Source: Candidatus Yanofskybacteria bacterium (GTDB taxonomy: Bacteria; Patescibacteriota; Minisyncoccia; 2-02-FULL-40-12; GWA2-44-9). From it: a stretch of DNA of 64,000 nucleotides. Position numbers and translations under genes: made by a program. This document shows positions 36,760-46,720 of the stretch, in pieces (the stretch's first letter is position 1; each line of letters starts with the position of its first letter). The notes under the pieces were generated by a model. The model saw nothing but the letters and a program-made list of their open reading frames with translations, ran no database searches and had not been told where the DNA came from. Where the stretch lies: NCBI GenBank assembly GCA_020847715.1, contig JADLBM010000014.1, positions 14,420-78,419 of the forward strand, written 5' to 3'.

Positions 36760-37440
36760 CTATTTGATATTGATGTACTCGTTCCAGTACGCAAAAAGCT
36801 CCGCCGTTGCACGAATATCGTCGAAGCAGTACCGCGCGATGTCGAGGTATTTGCCCTCCTTAAAGAAGCGGGGGACCTCATACCCCGTAATTCCACCTTC
36901 CTTGCTGGAGCGGATCCCAAGCGCCTGACACCACATATGCAAACTCATCGTGCGGCGCACCGCACCGAAGAATCCAAGACGGTCGTACAGATCGATATGC
37001 TCATCTCCGTAGCGATAGGGAACGAGGTTCTTTGTCGGGCGGACCTTGTTGACCGCAGAGCGGACCATGAGGAACGGACAGTCGAACGAGCGTCCGTTGA
37101 ATGTGACGAACTGGTCGTAGAACGCAATGGTGCGCCAGAACTTCTCAAGTACCTGCGCCTCGGTTCCGGAGGCGTAGACGATGCCATTCTCCTCAAATTC
37201 TGACGGCTCGACACCCGGCGCTTGGTAGTACACCGCACCCTTGCCGGTGTCAGGATTCAAGAGCGCAATAGCCACCACCTGTCCCGTAAGAGGGGAGAAG
37301 CTCAGCTGTTCTGGCACCAACTCCTTCTCTTCTGGAGTGCGGGCGGCCTTCAGGAGGTACTCCTGCGCCTGCTCATCGAGAGAATCAAAGTCGACTCCAA
37401 CGGTTTCGATGTCGAATACGACGCGTGGCATAGGGCTCAT
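36760..37440 (-). CDS. 3'-5' exonuclease, DEDD type, related to the PolB exonuclease domain
   Basis: VVFDIETVG (Exo I), FNGRSFDCPF (Exo II), YCFDDIRAT (Exo III). Start re-set to MSPMP. Confidence 0.7.
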   Translation of the reverse strand: MSPMPRVVFDIETVGVDFDSLDEQAQEYLLKAARTPEEKELVPEQLSFSPLTGQVVAIALLNPDTGKGAVYYQAPGVEPSEFEENGIVYASGTEAQVLEKFWRTIAFYDQFVTFNGRSFDCPFLMVRSAVNKVRPTKNLVPYRYGDEHIDLYDRLGFFGAVRRTMSLHMWCQALGIRSSKEGGITGYEVPRFFKEGKYLDIARYCFDDIRATAELFAYWNEYINIK

Positions 37441-37502
37441 CGTACCGCTTGCCAGGGGGTGGCGCAAGGAGTACCATTCCGCCCAATAGTCGGAGGTGGA
37501 CC

Positions 37503-37934
37503 ATGTTGGCAATAGCGCTTCTGCTACTTGTTGCCGGGGCACCTGGAGACCACCAAAAGAAGAGCACAAACCGTTCGGTATCGGCGTCGCTCCAGCGCCT
37601 TGCAAAGGAGCCGGTCAGAATCCTTCGGATACCTTCGCGTCCGGTTGTCATGTCGCCTCGCCCAATTGAGGTGGAACTCCATGTGACCGTGCGAAGCACT
37701 TCTGAAGAGCTCTGGTGTCCTGGCATTGAAATTGAGTGGGGGGACGGTGAGCTGTCCGCTGTCACACCCGACTGCGACCCGTTTGAGCAGGCGAGTGACG
37801 AGGACAAGCTGGAGCAGCGGTACGGACCGTTCTCGCATCTCTACCGAGTGAAGGGGCAGCACACGATTCTCGTGAACGTCATGAAGAACGGGAAGAGGAT
37901 TCGGCAGGTGACGAACAAGCTCGACTACCGCTGA
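37503..37934 (+). CDS. hypothetical secreted protein
   Basis: N-terminal signal-like helix. No recognisable motif. Confidence 0.45.
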   Translation: MLAIALLLLVAGAPGDHQKKSTNRSVSASLQRLAKEPVRILRIPSRPVVMSPRPIEVELHVTVRSTSEELWCPGIEIEWGDGELSAVTPDCDPFEQASDEDKLEQRYGPFSHLYRVKGQHTILVNVMKNGKRIRQVTNKLDYR

Positions 37935-37945
37935 GGATCGTCAGA

Positions 37946-37972
37946 TGGCACACCATTCTCGGTGTGCCTTTT
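37946..37972 (+). terminator. terminator (ggcacacc-attctc-ggtgtgcc + tttt)
   Basis: Perfect 8-bp stem plus T-run. Confidence 0.55.
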
Positions 37973-38336
37973 CTTGCCGTCCGCACAGCGAGGGGAGACC
38001 CGGCGCCCGCTGTTTCAATGCGTCGTACAATGTAGGTTATGCGACTCTATAACCCCGCATACTCCCCTACATATGCCCAAAAAATAGGCTTTCCAAGAAT
38101 GTGCCAAAAATCATATTGCCCTCTTTTTTGTACATGCACACGATCCCCTCCACTCGCCGTGCGACTCCTCTCTCCGTACCGCTCTGCGGCATCGCATGCG
38201 TCATCCTAAACGACTTCTCCGGAGTACAAAAAACGACGCCCGCGAAACGGCGCCGCCCGTCGAGATTCAGTTCTGTCTATTCTTCACGTCCGACGATTTC
38301 CGTTTTTCCTTCACTCCCCCTCCCCCATTGGTACGC

Positions 38337-39581
38337 CTAGAGGTAATCTGCGGGATTGAGCGTTCCTTCGAAGTAGTTGAAGTAGAGATCATCTCCCTTG
38401 AGGTAGGTGAAGAACTCTTTATAGAGCGAGAGGTGAAGGTGAGAACCGGTCACCTTTCCGGTGGTACCTTCGTAGCCGATGATGTCGCCGGTCTTTACCT
38501 GCGAGCCGACCTTCAAGAATGAGAGCGAGCTCATGTGGCCATACACGCTCACCATATTATTGGTGTGCTGGATGGCAACCCAGTTCCCCCATCCGCTATT
38601 CGTTCCATTCGCGACAATACGGCCATCTCCGATAGTCTTAATCGGCGTTCCATAACCCGATGCGATGTCGATGCCGTTATGCGGTGCTCCCCCGTAGGCG
38701 CCACGCTTTGCGTACTTGGTCATGCCGTACCCCTGTGTCAGATGGTAATCATCCTCCGGCCAACTAAAAAGCTTCGTCCCGCGGGGAGGAACACGATCCG
38801 CCTTGATGTGGACGATGTAGAGTCCACCGGAAACAACCTTCAATTCAAGTTCGCGGAGCTCTTTGAAGAACGCTGCCTTCTGCTTCTCAATCTCAGTTAG
38901 CTGTTTCTGGTAGGCCGCCTCTTGCCCTTTGGTCACCTGCAACACGCGATCGCGCTCTCCCTTGACACCGGCGAGCTGCTGACGACGCTGGAGCGCCTGC
39001 GCATTAAGATCCTCCAGTTGGTGCTGTTTCCCCTCGAGCTCGGCCTGATCCCGCTCAAGCGCAACTTTCGCATCTTTCAGGTCGGCAATCATGCCAAGGA
39101 GCCGGTCTTGAATGGTCGCGAGATCGTGGAACTGCTGAAGGAAACTCGAAAGGTTCGCGTACTTAAAGAGGCTTGCCGCAAGATCCTCGTGATCGCGCTG
39201 TTCAAGGAATAGGACCATGCGCCCGATGGTCTCCCGCTTGCGACTCATATCGTCGCGCTTGTCGATAATCTGCGCTTCAATCTGACCAATCTCAGTCTTC
39301 GTGAGATCAATCTTCTTTCCGGTCGCAGCAATCTGCGCTTCAATCTGACCAATCTGTCCCTTGAGAACGGCGATCTCTTTCTTTAGCGTATCCGCCTTTG
39401 CTCGCTCAGTGGCGATACTCGAACGGAATTGTGCCGCTTGCTGCTCGAGTTTTTCAATTTGCCCCTGAAGCTCTTGGATACGCGCCTCCTCAGGCGTGAG
39501 CGCGAACGCACGGGAGGGGAAGAGCGCGCACAAAACAAGGAGAGCTCCGGCAAGAACGATTCCGCGATGAAATGTGTTCAT
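38337..39581 (-). CDS. M23 family metallopeptidase with an N-terminal coiled-coil (EnvC-like)
   Basis: Signal peptide, ~200-aa coiled-coil, then C-terminal HNGIDIA…GHMS…GSHLHLS M23 motifs. Confidence 0.85.
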   Translation of the reverse strand: MNTFHRGIVLAGALLVLCALFPSRAFALTPEEARIQELQGQIEKLEQQAAQFRSSIATERAKADTLKKEIAVLKGQIGQIEAQIAATGKKIDLTKTEIGQIEAQIIDKRDDMSRKRETIGRMVLFLEQRDHEDLAASLFKYANLSSFLQQFHDLATIQDRLLGMIADLKDAKVALERDQAELEGKQHQLEDLNAQALQRRQQLAGVKGERDRVLQVTKGQEAAYQKQLTEIEKQKAAFFKELRELELKVVSGGLYIVHIKADRVPPRGTKLFSWPEDDYHLTQGYGMTKYAKRGAYGGAPHNGIDIASGYGTPIKTIGDGRIVANGTNSGWGNWVAIQHTNNMVSVYGHMSSLSFLKVGSQVKTGDIIGYEGTTGKVTGSHLHLSLYKEFFTYLKGDDLYFNYFEGTLNPADYL

Positions 39582-39592
39582 CCTCCGTACGG

Positions 39593-40888
39593 TTATACGA
39601 GCTTCTTCAATGCGTTTGCGATACGTGTTCGAACCTGTTCTGGGCCGATGACCGCCGCAATATCGAGAGGGCCGGCACTGTTTTGCCGACCGGAGAGGGC
39701 GACCCGCAACGGCCAGTAGATACTCCCCTTCTTGCCCGCGAAACGGTCCGCGGCGGCAGCATCAAGTGCGGCCTGCGTGAGCTCTCCAGATTCTGCAAGC
39801 TGGGCGCAGAGCTCCAGCGCTCCGCGCGTTGTCTCAAGAGCATCATCTTTCCATGCCAGCAACGCACCCTCGTATTCCGGTTCCTCCCAGAAGTACGAAA
39901 ATTGAGCAATATCGGTCAGGCGCTCGAGCCGCTCAGTCATGAGCGGAACCGCGGCGTCAGGAAGGTCGGGCTTTCCGATAAGCACCTTGAATGTTTCAGA
40001 CGGAAGTCGCTTCAGGTATTGCGCGTTGGTCCAGTTGAGCTTTTGCTGGTCAAACACCGCGCCAGAGGTGTGCACGCGCGACAAATCGAACTGCTCCGCC
40101 ATGGCACGCATATCAAGGAGCTCCGCATCGTAGGTGTACCCCAACTGTCCCATGAACGACACAAGCGCTTCCGGAAGGTAGTCGGTTTGATAGTCGGCAA
40201 TGTTCGTCGCTCCGTGACGCTTCGACATCTTCGAGCGATCAGGACCAAGGATAAGCGGCAAGTGCGCAAAAACGGGCGGAGTTGCCTGGAGCGCCTCGTA
40301 GATAAGAAGCTGCTTCGGCGTGTTCGAGATATGATCCTCACCGCGAATGACATGCGTAATCTCCATATCGAGATCGTCCACGACGACGGCAAAGTTATAG
40401 AGCGGCGTATCGAGATCCTTCGCAAGCACAACTTGACCGACATGCTGCGCTCGGACCGCAACCCTGCCGCGAATGACATCGTCGAATGCAATCTCCCGTT
40501 CCGAATCAGTGGGCGGCGTCAGCGCGATAACACGGTCCCGTGCGGTACGTCCATCACGCTCCATATCCGCTTTCTCCTCGTCGCTATACTCGCGCCAAAA
40601 TGCGGAACCACTCTCCAATAGGCGCTCGAGGTACGCGCGATACACCGGAAGGCGCTCCGTCTGTCGTATGATGTGCTCATTATCCCAATCGAGCCCAAGC
40701 CACTGAAGACCCTCGATGATGTTCGTTTCGTACTCCTTTTTGCTGCGCTCGAGGTCGGTATCTTCGATGCGAAGGATAAATTGGCCGCCATGGTGACGAG
40801 CAAAGAGCCAATTAAAAAGCGCCGTACGGGCGGTTCCAATATGGAGATTGCCGGTCGGGGATGGGGCGATGCGTACGTTGACGGTCAT
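39593..40888 (-). CDS. gltX: glutamyl-tRNA synthetase
   Basis: HIGTARTALFNWLFARHHGG class-I signature and a KMSKRH motif. Start re-set to MTVNVRIAPSPTG. Confidence 0.9.
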   Translation of the reverse strand: MTVNVRIAPSPTGNLHIGTARTALFNWLFARHHGGQFILRIEDTDLERSKKEYETNIIEGLQWLGLDWDNEHIIRQTERLPVYRAYLERLLESGSAFWREYSDEEKADMERDGRTARDRVIALTPPTDSEREIAFDDVIRGRVAVRAQHVGQVVLAKDLDTPLYNFAVVVDDLDMEITHVIRGEDHISNTPKQLLIYEALQATPPVFAHLPLILGPDRSKMSKRHGATNIADYQTDYLPEALVSFMGQLGYTYDAELLDMRAMAEQFDLSRVHTSGAVFDQQKLNWTNAQYLKRLPSETFKVLIGKPDLPDAAVPLMTERLERLTDIAQFSYFWEEPEYEGALLAWKDDALETTRGALELCAQLAESGELTQAALDAAAADRFAGKKGSIYWPLRVALSGRQNSAGPLDIAAVIGPEQVRTRIANALKKLV

Positions 40889-40995
40889 GGATACAGCATA
40901 CGAGAAAAACCCGCATCGTTCAAACCGGAAGGGCATCACAAGGCAAAAGACGTCAAGACGTCGCAATCCCCTACAAGTATGCTTCAATACAGACA

Positions 40996-42891
40996 ATGTT
41001 CGTCATCCGCGTCGTCCCGTTGGCATCGCTTCCGGCGACCGCTCCGGCGGTGCTGGATTACTTCTGGAACACTCCCCTGCCCGCAGGTGCGGTTGTGCGT
41101 ATTTCGTGGGGTCACCGAAGCTCGTCCGCGGTTGTCCTTCACTCGCTCGACGTTCGTCAGGCGAAGCTCGCCGTAAAAAGCTCGGACTTTGCGCTCAAAC
41201 GGATAGACGCCATCCTTATCGAGGATCAACAAGCGACGCACGGACAGCTCGCCCTCGCACAGTGGCTCGCGACACAGTACGCCGCATCACTGGCAACATC
41301 GTTGAAGACGGTACTCCCGCCGTTCTTTGGAAAGCGCGGGCATCGCATCGCCCTCCCCGTAGAATCCGAACAGAAGGGTGACGCACCACCCGGCACATTC
41401 CTCCTTACCCAGCCGGATACCGCCCTCACCGAGCTTCGCGCCCATATCAAGCACGCCAAGGGACCACTCGTGGTCATCGCGCCCGAGCGGTCAATCGCCG
41501 AGCATCTTGCAGAAGCACTCTCCGACGAGCACCCGCTCCTCATGCATAGCGCGCTCTCGACGAAAGCTCATGCCGCAGTCTACCGAGCGGTCGCTTCCGG
41601 TGATGCGCGGGTCGTGATCGGCACTCGTGGGGCGCTATTTCTCCCATGGACTGCGCTCGCCCACATCGTCGTCGAAGACCCACTCAACGAAGCGTATAAG
41701 AGCGAAGCGGCACCGCGCTACAACACGCCCGATGTCGCCCGCCAGCTCGCCACGCTGCACGGAGCCGCACTCACGTGGCTCTCGCCTGCCATTAGTACCG
41801 TCCATTTCCATCTCCGTGAAACAGGAGTTCTCCGCATTGCCGACCGCAAGCCCCACTGGCCGACCGTGACGCAGGTCTCGATGGACCGTGAACAGCTCGA
41901 CGGGAACCGTTCATTCCTTTCCCGCGCCGTCCAAGATGCGATTCTCGATGCGTATGAACAGCAGCGCCCACTCCTGCTCATGTCGGCACGGAAAGCATAT
42001 GCAACGGCAATGCGGTGCGTACGGTGTCATGCCGCTCCCCAGTGCGACACCTGCCACATCCCGCTCCGTCTGCACCGTACGGTGGAGGATATGCTCGTGT
42101 GCTACCACTGCGGCACATTTGTATCCGTTCCAAAACAGTGCCCATCCTGCACGGCCGGGGCATTGAAACCAGCCGGAATACCGGGGAGTCAGAAGATTGC
42201 CGAAGCGGTCGCAACGCTTCTGGACCGGCATGGCTACCCGAAGCTAGTCCCTCCAATCCTCGACGGAGATCTTGTGCGGAGCGAGGCCAACGAGCGCGCC
42301 ATGCTCGCTCAGTTCGATGCGATGGAGCGGCCACTGATGGTTGCATCATCCATGATTTTCGGGCACCGCTACCGGCGCACATTTGATACGGTCATCGTCT
42401 CGCATCTGGACGCGCTTGGGTTCAGCCCTGACTTCAGGACGAACGAGCGGCTCGTTGCCCAGCTCGAGCGGCTTGCCGATTTTATGCCGTCTCGCATGAT
42501 CATCCAGCACTGGCACGATGAGAGCCAGCTCGGAGACCTCTCTGCACGATCGTGGGAAGCGCTCTATCGGGACGAGCTTACCCAACGCAAAATGCTCCGA
42601 TGGCCACCGTATGCCCGCATCGTTAAGCTGACCGCCCGACATCGCGACCGGCGAGCACTCGGTCGACTGACCGCCATCGGTGCGGATCGGCTGAAACGCG
42701 CCATCGAGCATATCGGCGCGCGCGGAACTCAGATTCTCGGACCGTCGCCGGCGCTCGTCGAACGGGCACGGGGACAGTGGACCCAGCATTTGATTCTCAA
42801 GAGCACACTGAGCGGGCACCGGCTCACCGAACTGCTCGGATACCTTCCGGTCGGGTGGACGGTAGATGTTGACCCAAGGTCAATCACATGA
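40996..42891 (+). CDS. priA: primosomal protein N' (PriA)-like; Walker A/B appear degenerate
   Basis: PriA architecture and Cys-rich zinc-binding region (CVRCHAAPQCDTCH…CYHCG…CPSC). Has LTQPDTALTE where GxGKT is expected, and VEDPLNEAYK where DExH is expected. Confidence 0.7.
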   Translation: MFVIRVVPLASLPATAPAVLDYFWNTPLPAGAVVRISWGHRSSSAVVLHSLDVRQAKLAVKSSDFALKRIDAILIEDQQATHGQLALAQWLATQYAASLATSLKTVLPPFFGKRGHRIALPVESEQKGDAPPGTFLLTQPDTALTELRAHIKHAKGPLVVIAPERSIAEHLAEALSDEHPLLMHSALSTKAHAAVYRAVASGDARVVIGTRGALFLPWTALAHIVVEDPLNEAYKSEAAPRYNTPDVARQLATLHGAALTWLSPAISTVHFHLRETGVLRIADRKPHWPTVTQVSMDREQLDGNRSFLSRAVQDAILDAYEQQRPLLLMSARKAYATAMRCVRCHAAPQCDTCHIPLRLHRTVEDMLVCYHCGTFVSVPKQCPSCTAGALKPAGIPGSQKIAEAVATLLDRHGYPKLVPPILDGDLVRSEANERAMLAQFDAMERPLMVASSMIFGHRYRRTFDTVIVSHLDALGFSPDFRTNERLVAQLERLADFMPSRMIIQHWHDESQLGDLSARSWEALYRDELTQRKMLRWPPYARIVKLTARHRDRRALGRLTAIGADRLKRAIEHIGARGTQILGPSPALVERARGQWTQHLILKSTLSGHRLTELLGYLPVGWTVDVDPRSIT

Positions 42892-42903
42892 CATAATCAG
42901 ACC

Positions 42904-43377
42904 ATGCAGCTGACCCATGTCCCCCACCCCGTGCTCGCGAAACAGTGCGCCCCGCTCACACCGGCGGATTTGAAGGCAGGCGTTCATGCAGCGCTCATCA
43001 AGGAGATGAAGAAAGACATGGTCGCCAATAATGGCATTGGACTTGCGGCAAATCAGGTCGGCCTCGATCTTGCCCTCTTCGTCATCGACGAGGCTCTCGC
43101 CGCCGAGAATAACGTGCCATCGGCATTCGCGAATCCAGAAATTACCGAATACGGCAAAGAAGCCGATGAGATCGAGGAGGGGTGCCTCTCCATCCCCGGC
43201 ACCTGGCTCACCATCCGTCGCGCCAAGAAAATCATGTTCAAGGGGCTCGACGAGCACGGAAATAAGGTAAAGTTCCGCGCCCGCGGCATGCTCGCCCGCG
43301 TCCTCCAGCATGAGACGGACCACCTCTTCGGCCTCACCATCAAGGATCGTGCAACAAAAAAGTCCCGCTCCTCGTAA
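42904..43377 (+). CDS. def: peptide deformylase
   Basis: GIGLAANQVG, EGCLSIPG and HETDHL motifs. Confidence 0.9.
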   Translation: MQLTHVPHPVLAKQCAPLTPADLKAGVHAALIKEMKKDMVANNGIGLAANQVGLDLALFVIDEALAAENNVPSAFANPEITEYGKEADEIEEGCLSIPGTWLTIRRAKKIMFKGLDEHGNKVKFRARGMLARVLQHETDHLFGLTIKDRATKKSRSS

Positions 43378-43393
43378 GGGCGGGACGTTCGCA

Positions 43394-43636
43394 CTACCAC
43401 ATCAGCGTTGTCGCGCTCGAGACCCTCGCACCGCTGATGACACCATTCCAGACAAACCCAACGATGGACAGGAGCGTCAGCATCACGGAACAGACTCCCA
43501 CCAGTAGCCCTGCCGGCGTGCGCCATCCGCGTCTGCCCAAGAGACTAATGGCGATGATGCCGAGTACCACCCCGATGAGGAGTACTCTCCAGAGCATCAC
43601 CCCAGGAAACATCTCAAACATCGCCGGATCACCCAT
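43394..43636 (-). CDS. small hypothetical membrane protein
   Basis: Two hydrophobic helices. Sits between def and fmt on the opposite strand. Confidence 0.35.
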   Translation of the reverse strand: MGDPAMFEMFPGVMLWRVLLIGVVLGIIAISLLGRRGWRTPAGLLVGVCSVMLTLLSIVGFVWNGVISGARVSSATTLMW

Positions 43637-43731
43637 GCAACCTCCTTCGGAGAACGGCAAGACCTACAATACATTATAATCAGCATGCAGTCAATTTTTC
43701 TCCCCCTCTGCGCGCGGTATACTGAACCCAC

Positions 43732-44721
43732 ATGTCTATCGTTATTCCTGCCCCGAAATCTGCGGTACGCGTCTCAGTAGCATCTCGCTCGGAGGCGCGC
43801 ATTGTGTTCTTCGGTACGCCACTCTTCGCCGTACCCGCGTTGCGGCGACTCACCGCCGATGGCTGGCCAATTGCCGCCGTCATCACTGCACCCGACCGTC
43901 CGGTCGGTCGTCGCATGCTTCTCACTCCGAGTCCCGTCAAGAGCGCAGCGCTTGAGCTGGGCATCCCCGTGTGGACACCCCAAACACTGAAAGACGACGA
44001 AGTGTTCGTCCGATTCTCAGACCTCCAGCCGACGATTGGCATCGTGGTTGCCTACGGAAAACTCATCGGACAACGCTACCTCGAAGCGGTCTCGAGGGGG
44101 TTTCTGAATATTCACCCCTCACTGCTTCCGGCATATCGTGGGCCTTCCCCCATCCAGTCTGCTATTCTCGACGGCTGCTCGAATACCGGCGTCTCCCTCA
44201 TGCAACTGGATGCCGAAATGGACCACGGCCCCGTGGTCGCACAGGAGTCATGGGCTATCCCTCGAGGCTTTGACGCGCCGATGTGTGAAGATGAACTCTC
44301 GCACCTCGGGGCCGATCTCCTCGCGCGCTCCCTGCAGAACTACCTCGACGGTACGCTCGTGCCTATTCCCCAGAACGACGCCCTCGCGACATTCACGAAG
44401 AAGTTCGAGCGGCCCGACGGAAGAATTGTTTGGGCACAGGCCGCTACTGAGATTAGCAACCGCATCCGTGCGCTTGCGGCGAATCCGGGCACATGGACCA
44501 CCTGGAATGAGCACACCCTCAACATCGCGCACGCCCACCCGATAGACAGCGCATCCACCGAAGCCCCCGGAACCGTTGTTCTGCACGGCTCCGAAGTGTG
44601 CGTCGTGTGTGGCACCGGTATGCTTGCGCTGGAAACCATTCAACTCGAAGGCGGCACCCGACAACAGGCACGCGACTTCGTAAACGGTCGCCCCGCGTTC
44701 GTGGGAGCAGTTCTGTCTTGA
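43732..44721 (+). CDS. fmt: methionyl-tRNA formyltransferase
   Basis: IVFFGTP…NIHPSLLPAYRG formyltransferase core and C-terminal domain. Confidence 0.9.
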   Translation: MSIVIPAPKSAVRVSVASRSEARIVFFGTPLFAVPALRRLTADGWPIAAVITAPDRPVGRRMLLTPSPVKSAALELGIPVWTPQTLKDDEVFVRFSDLQPTIGIVVAYGKLIGQRYLEAVSRGFLNIHPSLLPAYRGPSPIQSAILDGCSNTGVSLMQLDAEMDHGPVVAQESWAIPRGFDAPMCEDELSHLGADLLARSLQNYLDGTLVPIPQNDALATFTKKFERPDGRIVWAQAATEISNRIRALAANPGTWTTWNEHTLNIAHAHPIDSASTEAPGTVVLHGSEVCVVCGTGMLALETIQLEGGTRQQARDFVNGRPAFVGAVLS

Positions 44722-44758
44722 CCTCAAGTGCATACACTGCATACTAGAAGCGGTCACT

Positions 44759-45313
44759 TTGACATGCGCGGAGCAGACCATGGAATCCTTGATCGAGCTC
44801 GTCATGCCCTGGGATATTGCCGTTCTCCAGGAGATTGGTGACAACCAGAAACTATCCGCGAACCCTGCGGAAGCGCTGGCAACCCAACGATCGTGGTGTC
44901 TTGACATTTTTCGCCTGCTCGCCCGTATTGCTGAGCGGCGTAGTGCGCGACGGGCATACATCGCAGATCTTACTCATACTCCCGATGAACACGAGATGCT
45001 CTGGGCGGCTTTGGGAAAGGATATCCTCACATCCATGCTGGCCGGCCAGAACATCGCCGTCATCGATTCGGAAAGTGTTCGCGCCCTCCTTCGTCTGAAC
45101 CCGCACCTTACCGAACAATTCCAAGAAGTGCGCAACCCCTTCTTCGATCTGTTCTTTGGGTGTCGCATCGCTCACCAGCTCTACCTTCCAATGAGTGGCA
45201 TCGACAACCCGAAAAACGAGCTCCTCATTCGAGAGGCTTGTGAGAAGCACATCGAAATCATCCACTGGCAGGTCATCCAAGAGTTTGTTGTTCGAGCGCC
45301 GCGGAGCACCTAG
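44759..45313 (+). CDS. hypothetical protein
   Basis: 184-aa ORF. No recognisable motif. Confidence 0.45.
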   Translation: MTCAEQTMESLIELVMPWDIAVLQEIGDNQKLSANPAEALATQRSWCLDIFRLLARIAERRSARRAYIADLTHTPDEHEMLWAALGKDILTSMLAGQNIAVIDSESVRALLRLNPHLTEQFQEVRNPFFDLFFGCRIAHQLYLPMSGIDNPKNELLIREACEKHIEIIHWQVIQEFVVRAPRST

Positions 45314-45389
45314 CTCGCGGCGTTCTTTCTTGCCGATATCGCTCTCCTGTGCTATAATCCCACGGCTGTATTTAATTCATACCCTCGCT

Positions 45390-45956
45390 ATGTCTCTCGG
45401 CGTCAACGACCTCAAACCAAAGACGTATTTCATTTATGAAGACCAGCCCTACATGGTGCTGGAGACCCATCACCTGAAGATGCAGCAGCGCCGTCCGGTG
45501 GTGCAGACGCGCATGCGCAATCTGCTCAACGGGAAGGTGCTCGAGCGCAACCTCGCCCAGTCCGACTTCTTCGAGGAAGCGGATGTCCAGCGGAAGAGCG
45601 TGAAATTCCTGTATAACCACCGCGACCAGTACTGGTTCGCCGATCCGAATGACCCGAGCAACCGCTTCGAGCTTCCGCAGGAGACCATCGGTGATCAGGT
45701 GCGTTTCATGAAGCCGAACACCGTCCTCGAGGCGCTCTCGTGGGATGACAAGGTCATCAACATCTCGCTTCCCATCAAGATGCAGTTCACGGTCACCGAG
45801 GCTCCCCCGGGCATCAAGGGAGACACCGCCACGGGAGGGACCAAGCAGGTCGTCCTCGACACCGGCGCGACCATCAACGCACCGCTGTTCGTGAACGAAG
45901 GCGACGTCATTGTAGTAAACACGGAAACCGGAGAGTACGTCGAGCGCGCGAAGTAA
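45390..45956 (+). CDS. efp: elongation factor P
   Basis: LKPKTYFIYEDQPYMVLETHHLKMQQRRPVVQTRMRNL…, canonical EF-P. Start re-set to MSLGVNDL. Confidence 0.9.
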   Translation: MSLGVNDLKPKTYFIYEDQPYMVLETHHLKMQQRRPVVQTRMRNLLNGKVLERNLAQSDFFEEADVQRKSVKFLYNHRDQYWFADPNDPSNRFELPQETIGDQVRFMKPNTVLEALSWDDKVINISLPIKMQFTVTEAPPGIKGDTATGGTKQVVLDTGATINAPLFVNEGDVIVVNTETGEYVERAK

Positions 45957-46002
45957 CCAATCAGAGTGCGCAAAAAACGCCGGGCACTTGCTCGGCGTTT
46001 TG

Positions 46003-46656
46003 CTACGCTTCGGCTTCTGTAAGCACAAGGTTCACCAGCTCCCGCTCGGTTATATGGGCACCGTACCGTTCGGCAATGATCCGCTCGACCATACGCGCGT
46101 CGAACTCCTCGATGCTCAAACTGCTCGTGATGAGCCGAGGATCATCCCATATGCGGCGGCCGCGCTCAATATTGAGCCAGTACTGGACGCGCTCGAACTC
46201 CCACAGATCACGAAGCCACGGATCACGCGGCACGGCCTCGAGACTGGGAGAGAATCGCCGCAGGACAACTCCCGAAGCTTGCAGTCGATGACGAACCTCG
46301 TGGGCAGCGATCGCGAGAATGCGACAGCGCATACTCACCGGCTCCGCGCCACGCGTCACCGAAACTTCATCGTTCAAGATCTGCAGATCATGCAGGATCT
46401 TCCGCTCCATGCGGTGCGGGTAAATAAAGTAGGACTCTTCCCCACTTTTGAAAGATACGTAGTACGCTACGTAATCCGTAATGACGTCGTGCACGATAAT
46501 GGGAGCGCGCGCCGATGCCCCAAATATTCGCTCATCGAACCAGCGGATGTACCACATGAGAGCGAGGGCCATATGCGCGTCCCGCGTCTCGATGTTGTGA
46601 CACCGGATCCGCCAGAAGTGCAGTCGCTTGAACTCACGAAAGGCAAGTTCTCGCAT
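46003..46656 (-). CDS. hypothetical protein with an HExxH motif (possible zinc metallopeptidase)
   Basis: AAHEVRH motif. Otherwise no recognisable family. Confidence 0.45.
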   Translation of the reverse strand: MRELAFREFKRLHFWRIRCHNIETRDAHMALALMWYIRWFDERIFGASARAPIIVHDVITDYVAYYVSFKSGEESYFIYPHRMERKILHDLQILNDEVSVTRGAEPVSMRCRILAIAAHEVRHRLQASGVVLRRFSPSLEAVPRDPWLRDLWEFERVQYWLNIERGRRIWDDPRLITSSLSIEEFDARMVERIIAERYGAHITERELVNLVLTEAEA

Positions 46657-46720
46657 CTCGCCTCCCCTTCAAAGAACGTTCCGGAAAGCGTATCGAAAAG
46701 CGCGCGGCGGCACAAGCGCC

